Positions 1 through 7,443 of a stretch of 64,000 bases of DNA are shown in pieces; position 1 is the first letter of the stretch; every line of letters starts with the position of its first letter. Source of the DNA: an uncultured Oscillospiraceae bacterium (GTDB taxonomy: Bacteria; Bacillota; Clostridia; Oscillospirales; Oscillospiraceae); NCBI GenBank assembly GCA_947589545.1, contig CANQBA010000013.1, forward strand, positions 3,873-67,872, in the 5' to 3' direction. The position numbers were made by a program, and so were the translations under genes. A model generated the notes under the pieces. It searched no databases and was not told the origin of the DNA. It worked only from the letters and a program-made list of their open reading frames with translations.

Positions 1-422
1 GCCTCTACATTCAGCCCCTCCAAGTTAAGGGTTGTAGCCTTGCTACCGGAACCGTAAATGCAGTTGGCTCCTTCACTCGTAATAGTACCGTTCTTGATGG
101 TTATCTCGGAAGCGGCACTTACCGTGATCGTGATAAGTCCCTTGTTGGAACCGCCCTTGGTCAACGTACCGGAAATGGTGTGAGAGTCAAGATCCAGAGT
201 CAGAGACTTGTCGATCGTAATAGTCTCCTCAACATCTGTAATATCATCCGTCAGCTTGATCGTGTCACCAGGTGAGGCTGTACTGATGGCATTTTTAAGC
301 GCGTCGAGATCTCCCACGCTATGGACAGTTCCCTCCTCCGCCAACGCCATTCCCGGCGCCAGGGCGGCGAGCATCACTACCGCCAGTACGGCGGCCAGGA
401 GCTTATAATATTTTCCCCTCAT
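1..422 (-). CDS. Secreted repeat protein, N-terminal fragment (continues past the window edge); signal peptide plus parallel-beta-helix-like repeats
   Basis: Absent from the ORF track because there is no stop in the window. Reverse complement from ATG 422-420 reads MRGKYYKLLAAVLAVVMLAALAPGMALAEEGTVHSVGDLDALKNAISTASPGDTIKLTDDITD...EITIKNGTITSEGANCIYG. GGAGG lies 7 nt upstream. Hydrophobic h-region and an ALA/EE cleavage-like site. Confidence 0.6.
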   Translation of the reverse strand, partial: MRGKYYKLLAAVLAVVMLAALAPGMALAEEGTVHSVGDLDALKNAISTASPGDTIKLTDDITDVEETITIDKSLTLDLDSHTISGTLTKGGSNKGLITITVSAASEITIKNGTITSEGANCIYGSGSKATTLNLEGLNVE

Positions 423-645
423 ATGATAACCTCCAGTTTGAAAAAGTATACATTTTCAAAGTCAACTACTGAATTCGAAAACAACTTCATTATATACTGC
501 CTCCGCCGCTTTTGCAAGCGAAAAATACACTTTTTTCCGCAGAATTTTTTGTTTGAAAACCTATACATTTCCAAACAACGTCCCTTCAATTCCCATCTAG
601 CGGAAAAACGCGCCTCCGAAACGCCGGGGGCGCGTTATTTTTGCG

Positions 646-1107
646 TCATTCCTTCGGGACGCGGGCATAGTGGAGATATGTCCCGCCCTTGAGCAGGACG
701 GCGGCGGCGAGGAGGGCCAAGGCGGTGTAGAAGGCGGGCATATTATAGAGGGACGCGGTCAGCGTGGTAAACAGCAGCGCCAGGAGCATCACGTCCATCA
801 CCGCGCCGCCGGACTTGTCGTGCAGATACCGGTTCCGCTCGTCCAGCTCCCGCAGCTGGCTCTCCCGCAGGGCGGCGCGGCTTTTCAGGAGCCGCTTTGT
901 CCGGACGATAGCGACGGCGACCCAGGCCAAGCCCCCGAAGAAGATAACGCGGCTCACGATCTGGGCGAGCCGGGACATGACCCGGCTGTCGCCGCCCGTC
1001 TCCCCCACTACGACCATGTAAACCAGCATCAGCGCCGCCACGCACCAGAGGATCCGCACCCGCCGGCGAAGCCTGCCGGCGTAGGTCAAATCAGATGAGC
1101 TTTTCAT
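646..1107 (-). CDS. Small multi-pass membrane protein (DUF2178-like partner of the XRE regulator)
   Basis: ORF 646..1170 trimmed to the internal ATG (MKSSSDLTY...) preceded by GGAGGGAGG. About 4 hydrophobic segments. Overlaps the stop of the upstream HTH gene. Confidence 0.55.
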   Translation of the reverse strand: MKSSSDLTYAGRLRRRVRILWCVAALMLVYMVVVGETGGDSRVMSRLAQIVSRVIFFGGLAWVAVAIVRTKRLLKSRAALRESQLRELDERNRYLHDKSGGAVMDVMLLALLFTTLTASLYNMPAFYTALALLAAAVLLKGGTYLHYARVPKE

Positions 1108-1324
1108 GCTCCGTTTCCTCCCTCCGATAGTTTTCCTCGAGACAGCAAAGCGCCTCCACGCTGACGCCAAACACCCTGGCCAGCCGGTAGGCCAGCATCA
1201 GCGACGGGCTGTACTGCTCCTTTTCGATGGAGATGATCGTCCTGCAGGACACCCGCGTAAGCTCCGCCAGCCGCTGCTGGGTCATCCCCGCCGCGCTTCT
1301 GAGCTCCCGCACACGGGTCTTCAT
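1091..1324 (-). CDS. XRE-family helix-turn-helix transcriptional regulator (YozG-like, about 77 aa)
   Basis: MKTRVRELRSAAGMTQQRLAELTRVSCRTIISIEKEQYSPSLMLAYRLARVFGVSVEAL is a typical Cro/CI HTH. The ATG at 1324 is 6 nt after GGAGGG; the GTG at 1330 is too close to the RBS. Confidence 0.8.
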   Translation of the reverse strand: MKTRVRELRSAAGMTQQRLAELTRVSCRTIISIEKEQYSPSLMLAYRLARVFGVSVEALCCLEENYRREETEHEKLI

Positions 1325-1375
1325 GGGCACCCCTCCAGTAAGGATGTGAAGGTAACTTCATGTGAAGTCAGCTTC

Positions 1376-1404
1376 ATGATACCACGTTGAGAGAAAGTTG
1401 TCAA
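1376..1404 (-). promoter_or_regulatory. Sigma-70-type promoter for the XRE operon
   Basis: Minus strand reads TTGACA(1404-1399), a 17-nt spacer, then TGgTATCAT(-10 at 1381-1376). The leader carries a TTCACAT direct repeat, a possible operator. Confidence 0.5.
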
Positions 1405-1678
1405 GAAGGATTTGTGTTTTTTTGTAAGAAATCCTGACAGGTTTGCGTGCTGGTCATAAAACAGTACGTTGTTTGAGCTTGTCTTTAAGGCGAGCCGGGA
1501 CAGCGGACAGGAACGCTCTGGACGAGAAGCGTTTTCTATTTGATGTGGATAGAAACATCGGGAAAACTTCGATTAACTGTCTTAACGGGCAGTAGATTTC
1601 TTCACATTTGGACGGTATAATGTAAATGTTGAGTGGGCGACTGTTTGGCAAACCGGTAATTGGGAGGTATAATTTTCT

Positions 1679-2197
1679 GTGTTAAAACTTCTTAAACGCT
1701 GTCCAGAATATGTTTGCGGATATAGGCAGTACTGTCAGGAAGCATTTGACAATAACATTATATATTTCCGTCCAACCGATCCGAAACTAATTGATGGTGA
1801 ATGGTTTAGCCGGACGAAAAATCTGTATGACAAAAAAGAAACAGGTCAGATCAAACCCATAAGCTTTCACTTTTGGGCCGTCGATGGGAAAAAATTTATA
1901 GGTGAATTCCAACTTAGAACCGAATTGACGCAGGAAGTAATGACCGGTATAGGCAGTATAGGATATGCAGTACGAGTGTCCGAACAAGGTAAAGGTTATG
2001 GAACGGAGATACTAAAGCAGGGATTTCAAATAGCGAAAGAACACGGCATGGATAAAGTGCTTATAAATATCAACGACGAAAACCTTGTTTCAGCACATAT
2101 ATGCGAAAAACTTGGAGGGGAGCTGATGGATAAAATACGGTCATATACCGATGCCGAAGGTCAATACATTATGCGAAGATATTGGATCTACCTATAA
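1679..2197 (+). CDS. GNAT-family N-acetyltransferase
   Basis: 172 aa. Acetyl-CoA binding region GYAVRVSEQGKGYGTEILKQGFQIAKEHG. GTG start 12 nt after GGGAGG. Visibly AT-richer than the flanks. Confidence 0.8.
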   Translation: MLKLLKRCPEYVCGYRQYCQEAFDNNIIYFRPTDPKLIDGEWFSRTKNLYDKKETGQIKPISFHFWAVDGKKFIGEFQLRTELTQEVMTGIGSIGYAVRVSEQGKGYGTEILKQGFQIAKEHGMDKVLININDENLVSAHICEKLGGELMDKIRSYTDAEGQYIMRRYWIYL

Positions 2198-2329
2198 AAA
2201 TTCCCCTTTATTGGTCTGATAAATTGAATACCGAAAAAGACCGTTGACCCACCGGCTTCCCGGTAAAAAGTCAACGGCATTTTTGATACTGTTTTATGAG
2301 CGACGGCATTTCCCCTGTCAGGGTATATT

Positions 2330-2617
2330 TTAATATGGGCACCGCAGCGTGACCTTGACGCAGTTCTCCGCGTCCTCCCGGATATACTCGCACCCGGCGG
2401 GCAGCGCCGTCTCCACGGCCATCAGGAAGCCGCTGAGGTTCGCCGGCACGTTGGGGTGCAGGACGGCGGTGACGTAGGCGTCCGCCGCCGAGGGCGTCAC
2501 GCCCCGATAGGCCATCTCCACCGCCGCGGCCTGGCGCAGAGCCGGGTCGCCGATGCGCTCCAGCGCCCGCCGGTGCGCCTCGCCCAGCGGCGGGGCGGCG
2601 CGTTTTTCGTCTGACAT
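2330..2617 (-). CDS. Hypothetical small protein
   Basis: ORF 2330..2671 trimmed to MSDEKRAAPP..., preceded by AAGGGGGG. No recognisable motif. Lies downstream of the GH13 gene. Confidence 0.4.
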   Translation of the reverse strand: MSDEKRAAPPLGEAHRRALERIGDPALRQAAAVEMAYRGVTPSAADAYVTAVLHPNVPANLSGFLMAVETALPAGCEYIREDAENCVKVTLRCPY

Positions 2618-2700
2618 GCTCATCCCCCCTTTGCGCTCCACTATAGCACACAGGGGGGAAGAAAAAATCAAAAAACCGTCGAAGGGAAATTATTTTCGTA

Positions 2701-4422
2701 TTAATCTGTTTCCCGCACCACCGCCGCCGTCCAGGGCCCCAGGATCCCGGGGAAGGGCGCGGCGGAGATCAGCTCCTCCCGGCCCGTGTACGCCGGGAAG
2801 GACGCCTGGCCGTCGCCGCAATGGAGGAGCAGCGTCAGCGTCTCGCCGTCCAGACGCCGCGTCAGGGCGGCGGCGCCGGAGGCGTCGTCCGCGGAGAAGG
2901 CCGTCACCTGGCCCCGTGTAAGGCAGGGGTGGGCGTGCCGGAGGGCGGCGAGGCGCTTGACCCAGGCGAACGTCTCCCGATCCTGGCGGGCCTCGTCCCA
3001 GACCATGCCGCGCCGGCAGTCGCCGTCGTCCCCGCCGTCCATGGCGAATTCATCCCCATAGTAGAGCATGGGCATCCCCGGCAGCAGGAGCTGGAGCGCC
3101 GCCGCCAATCTCAGCTTCGCCCGGTCGCCGCCGGCCTCCCGCAGGAAGCGCGCCGTGTCGTGGGAGCCGATCAGATTCCACAGCAGATGATACGCGGCGG
3201 GGTGCAGATTGCCCCGCAGGAACCCCAGATCCTCAAAAAACGCCGTCACCGTGGCGGTCCCCCGGGCCACAAGATCTAGGACGCTGTTTCGGAAGGGGTA
3301 ATTCATGACGCTGTCCCACTGGTCGCCCTCCAGGAAGTCGCCGCCGTAATGCCACTCCTCCCCCACGATCAGGGCGTCGGGGCTCTCCGCCTTGACGGCC
3401 TCCCGGAAGCGCCGCCAGAACCGGTGGCCCACCTCGTCGGCCACGTCCAGCCGCCAGCCGTCGATGCGGCACTCCCGGATCCAGTAGAGGCCCACGTTGA
3501 TGAAATATGCCTCCACCGCCGGGTTGCGCAGATTAAGCTTGGGCATACCGCCATAATAGCTGAAGGTCTTGAAATTGGGCTTCTCGCCCCGGGCCATCCG
3601 CAGAGGAAAGCCCTCGATGAAGTACCAGTCCAGATACTCCGACCGCTCTTGCTTTTCCAAAATATCCGCGAAGGCGAAAAACCGCTGGGACGTGTGGTTA
3701 AAAACGCCGTCCAGCAGGACGCGCAGGCCCAGGGCGTGGGCCCGGTCCACCAGCTCCCGCAGCTCCTCCCGGGTACCCAGGGAGGGATCCACGGTGAAAT
3801 AGTCCTCGGTGTCGTACCGGTGGGGCGTATGGGCCTTAAAAATCGGCGTCATATACAGCACGTCAGCTCCCAGATCGCGGATGTGCTCCAGTCGGCTGAT
3901 GATCCCCCGGAGCGTCCCGCCGGGATCCACCCGGTGATCCAGCGGCCCGTACCAGCGCTTTGCGTCCACCGGCCCCGTGGGGGCGAAGCTGGCCGGAAAG
4001 ATCTGATACACCACCTTGTCGGCGGCCCAGGCGGGGGCGATCAGCCGCTCCTCCTCCCGGAGATTCTGGGGGCAGTCGAACATGCGCTCGATATCCGCAG
4101 GCGGCTCCTGAGTAAATTGGTAATTCCCGTAGTACGCCCGGGATCCGTCCGCGCCCTCCAGCTCGAACCAGTAGCGCAGGCAGACCATGCGGATGGTGAT
4201 CGCCGCCTCGTAGTAGTCGCTGACCCGGTCCCGGGCCGCCAGGGCCATAGGGACGGCGGCGCGGGTATCCAGGCGCTCCAGCGGCAGATATTTATCCTGG
4301 GTGTGGAGGATCACCCGCCGCATGTCCCCCTTTTTCACCCGGATACGGATGAGGAAGCGGCCCGGCTCCAGGGCGAAGCAGTATCTGTTGTCGGCAAAAT
4401 GGACGATAGCGGCGTATTCCAT
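2701..4422 (-). CDS. Glycoside hydrolase family 13, neopullulanase/cyclomaltodextrinase-type alpha-glycosidase (cytoplasmic)
   Basis: MEYAAIVHFADNRYCF... is the amylase N-domain. GH13 regions present: VLLDGVFNHTS, DGWRLDVADEV, IVGEEWH, LIGSHDT. GGAGG RBS before the ATG at 4422. Confidence 0.9.
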   Translation of the reverse strand: MEYAAIVHFADNRYCFALEPGRFLIRIRVKKGDMRRVILHTQDKYLPLERLDTRAAVPMALAARDRVSDYYEAAITIRMVCLRYWFELEGADGSRAYYGNYQFTQEPPADIERMFDCPQNLREEERLIAPAWAADKVVYQIFPASFAPTGPVDAKRWYGPLDHRVDPGGTLRGIISRLEHIRDLGADVLYMTPIFKAHTPHRYDTEDYFTVDPSLGTREELRELVDRAHALGLRVLLDGVFNHTSQRFFAFADILEKQERSEYLDWYFIEGFPLRMARGEKPNFKTFSYYGGMPKLNLRNPAVEAYFINVGLYWIRECRIDGWRLDVADEVGHRFWRRFREAVKAESPDALIVGEEWHYGGDFLEGDQWDSVMNYPFRNSVLDLVARGTATVTAFFEDLGFLRGNLHPAAYHLLWNLIGSHDTARFLREAGGDRAKLRLAAALQLLLPGMPMLYYGDEFAMDGGDDGDCRRGMVWDEARQDRETFAWVKRLAALRHAHPCLTRGQVTAFSADDASGAAALTRRLDGETLTLLLHCGDGQASFPAYTGREELISAAPFPGILGPWTAAVVRETD

Positions 4423-4548
4423 GTTTCGGCCTCCGTTCAGGGATTTTTTACGACGCACATGCCGCCGGAAAAAAATTAATGAGGGTTTGTCTACACTCTG
4501 AGGAGCGCCTGACGGCGCTCCTCAGAGTGTTTCGGATCGTCTCCGCGT

Positions 4549-7443
4549 TTATTGGATGCTCTCCACCTTGGAAAGCTTCCCGCCGCAGGCGTCCAGGACA
4601 GGCTGCGCGCCCACGACGCAGACGGAGGCGGCGTCGGACAGCCGGTCCAGGGTGTCGGCAAAGGCCAGCAGCTCCGCCGGCGCGGCATGGAGCACCTGGG
4701 AGCGGAGCCGGCTCAGATCCGCCTGACCGCGCCCGGTGAAGTGGAGGTGGGCGTTGAGGCCCAGCTCCTGGCGCGGGGTCATGATGGGCTCCAGACTGCC
4801 GATGGTGGAGATGATGAATCTGTCCAGCTTCTCCCCGGAGGCGACGAAGTCCCGCAGGGCCTTCCCGCACCCGGCGAAGGCGTCCAGACTCCCGGCGCAG
4901 TGGGGATCGCGGAAGCTGGAGAAGCCCACCGTGCCCGCAAAGCTCACGTTCATGTTGACGCCGTAAGCGCCGCCCTTGACGCGGACGTTGTTCCACAGGT
5001 GATCCAGCGTCAGGATGTTGGCGGCCACCTGCATCGCGCCGGAATAGGCCGCCCCGGCGTCGGAAAGCCGCAGGGCCCGGCCGGCAAAGCCGATAGCGGC
5101 GGGGATGGCAAAGCCCTCCGCCCCGTGGCTGTCGGCGGTGTAGACGGCGGGGGCGCCCTTCTCCCCGTAGGGGAACATGCCGGTCACGTCCCGGAGCCAC
5201 TTCTCCTCCGGCTCTCCGCTGACGGACAGGGTCAGCCGCGACCGGACAAGGAGCTTTTTGCGCAGGGCGTCAAAGCCCGCCAACAGCGCCTCCCCTCGCT
5301 CCTCAAACTCCCGCTCCGTCCTCTGCAAAAACCGCAGCTGTCCGATACCGCTCATGGCGTCGTCCAACGCGGCGGAGGGGAAGAGCGCGGAGGCGGCCCT
5401 GGTGAGGGCCACGGCGTTGCCCGCGTTCATAGCCCTCTGCTCCAGGGCGATGCGCCCCTGGCGCAGGATGTTGTAAACGGCGGCGGGATCGTTGAAATTC
5501 GTGGTGAACAGGATTTCCCGCGCCAGCTGCAGGGCCTCCTCCTTCCGCTCGGGGAGCACGGCCAGGGACACGGTGAATACCGGCGTCACCTTGCCCTCCC
5601 GGCTGGGATAGACGGCGCAGGTGACGGAAAAGCGCCCGATCTTCTCCCGGATCAGGGTGGCCGTCTCCAGGGCGGAGTGCTTCTCCGTGGCAAGACTGCC
5701 AAAGAGCTCGCAGAGCATCGGGAGCCTTGTCAGCTCCGCCGGCGTCAGGTCGTCGGCGGTGAAATGCATGTCCAGATACACGATGCCGCCTGTCTCCACA
5801 TCGGCGCGCAGAAGGGGCACGCCCTTGTACTCCCCCTTGGAATAGGGCTTGTCCGGCGTCTCCTCCGGGATATCGGAGAGGGCCAGCACGGGCAGGCTCT
5901 CCAGAGCCTCCGGGCTGTCGCTCTGGGACTGGTGGCGGCGAAGCTCGCCAAACTCCCGGATGACGCTCTCCGTCTGCTCCGCCGTCCAGCTCTTTTTCAC
6001 GGCCTCCAGCCGGGCCTTGTTCCGGGCCTCCCGCTCCTGGCCCACCGTGTTGGAGGGCAGCAGCACCACCCTGGCGGTGTGGGGATTGGTGAGGAACACC
6101 TCCTCCAGCAGCTTCTCGAACCAGCCCTCGTCGATCTTGCGCCGCAGGGCGGCATAGACCGCGTCGGAGCTCAGGTTCTGGGCCGGGTCGCCGCCGTAGA
6201 GCCAGGACTCCAGGCTCACCATGGCGAACACCAATCCCCTGGGCATCCGCCCGAAGTCCTTCTCCCGGTTGGCAAACTCCACCTGGTTCAGGATGGCGTT
6301 CAGCTCCTTGTGGTCAAGGCCCCCGGCCTGCTGCCGGAGCACGTCGTAGACCGTCTTTACAAGCTCGTCCTTTTTGGCAAGACTGGTGTTCCTGGCCTCC
6401 AGGAACAGGAAATTCTGCTGGATGCCGTCGTAGGCGTGGATATCCACGTCCTGGGCCAGCCCCTTCTCCAGCAGGGCCTTTTTCAGGGGCGACTCGTTGG
6501 TGCCGCACAGCACGCGGGCCAGCACCGAGCAGGCGGCGGCCCGCTCCGGCTCGTCGAACCGGCCGGTGACCCAGCCTTCGCCCACCAGCACCTTGTCCGT
6601 GCCGTCCTCGTCGGGGCCGATTTCGTAGGAGGCGGTGATCTCGCCGGGGTGTACGGGCTTCTGCAGGGGGATATCCGCGTCTACCCGGATGCGGTCGTAG
6701 GCGCTCAGATAGGAGTCGAGCTTTGCCAGCACCGCGTCGATATCCATCTCGCCGTCCAGGAAGATATATGCGTTGGAGGGGCTGTAGTAGCGGTGGTGGT
6801 TCTCCAGATATTTTTCATAGGTCAGCTCCGGGATGTGCTCCGGGTGGCCGCCGGACTCATAGCCGTAGCAGTTGTCCGGGAACAGGGCGCGGCACAGCTC
6901 ATAAGACAGCGCCTGGCTGGGGTCGCCGAAGGCGCCCTTCATCTCGTTGTAAACGACGCCGTTGCGGACAAGCTCCCCCTCCGGGGCGTCCAGCTCATAG
7001 TGCCAGCCCTCCTGCAAAAAGGCCATGGGGCTCTCCACGGACAGGGGATGGAGCACCGCGTCCATATACACGTCGATAAGGTTCAAAAAGTCCTGATCGT
7101 TCCGGCTGGACAGGGGGTAGATGGTCTTGTCCGGGAAGGTCATGGCGTTGAGGAAGGTCTGCAGGGAGCTCTTGATCAGCTCCACAAAGGGCTCCCGCAC
7201 CGGGTATTTATGACTGCCGCACAGCACCGAGTGCTCCAGGATATGGAACACGCCCGTGTCGTCGGAGGGGATGGTCTTGAAGCCGATGGAGAAGGTCTTG
7301 TTGTCGTCGGGCCGCTCCAGCCACACCAGATCCGCCCCGTTTTTCACGTACTCCATCCGGTGGAGCGTCGCCTTCAGCTCGGGGAGCTCCTGGGAATAGC
7401 GGGCCTCAAAGCCGTGCAGGGTCATGCCTTTTTCAAGATTCAT
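4549..7443 (-). CDS. Insulinase-family (M16C, PreP-like) zinc metallopeptidase
   Basis: About 964 aa from MNLEKGMTLHGFE. Inverted zinc motif HILEHSVLCGS (HxxEH). Start overlaps the stop of the upstream gene by 11 nt. Confidence 0.9.
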   Translation of the reverse strand: MNLEKGMTLHGFEARYSQELPELKATLHRMEYVKNGADLVWLERPDDNKTFSIGFKTIPSDDTGVFHILEHSVLCGSHKYPVREPFVELIKSSLQTFLNAMTFPDKTIYPLSSRNDQDFLNLIDVYMDAVLHPLSVESPMAFLQEGWHYELDAPEGELVRNGVVYNEMKGAFGDPSQALSYELCRALFPDNCYGYESGGHPEHIPELTYEKYLENHHRYYSPSNAYIFLDGEMDIDAVLAKLDSYLSAYDRIRVDADIPLQKPVHPGEITASYEIGPDEDGTDKVLVGEGWVTGRFDEPERAAACSVLARVLCGTNESPLKKALLEKGLAQDVDIHAYDGIQQNFLFLEARNTSLAKKDELVKTVYDVLRQQAGGLDHKELNAILNQVEFANREKDFGRMPRGLVFAMVSLESWLYGGDPAQNLSSDAVYAALRRKIDEGWFEKLLEEVFLTNPHTARVVLLPSNTVGQEREARNKARLEAVKKSWTAEQTESVIREFGELRRHQSQSDSPEALESLPVLALSDIPEETPDKPYSKGEYKGVPLLRADVETGGIVYLDMHFTADDLTPAELTRLPMLCELFGSLATEKHSALETATLIREKIGRFSVTCAVYPSREGKVTPVFTVSLAVLPERKEEALQLAREILFTTNFNDPAAVYNILRQGRIALEQRAMNAGNAVALTRAASALFPSAALDDAMSGIGQLRFLQRTEREFEERGEALLAGFDALRKKLLVRSRLTLSVSGEPEEKWLRDVTGMFPYGEKGAPAVYTADSHGAEGFAIPAAIGFAGRALRLSDAGAAYSGAMQVAANILTLDHLWNNVRVKGGAYGVNMNVSFAGTVGFSSFRDPHCAGSLDAFAGCGKALRDFVASGEKLDRFIISTIGSLEPIMTPRQELGLNAHLHFTGRGQADLSRLRSQVLHAAPAELLAFADTLDRLSDAASVCVVGAQPVLDACGGKLSKVESIQ

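Noticed and set aside
1454-1651. 65-aa minus-strand ORF in the divergent promoter region before the GNAT gene.
   Set aside because: No RBS and an AT-rich promoter-like context. The sequence is unremarkable and overlaps the likely GNAT promoter and RBS region.
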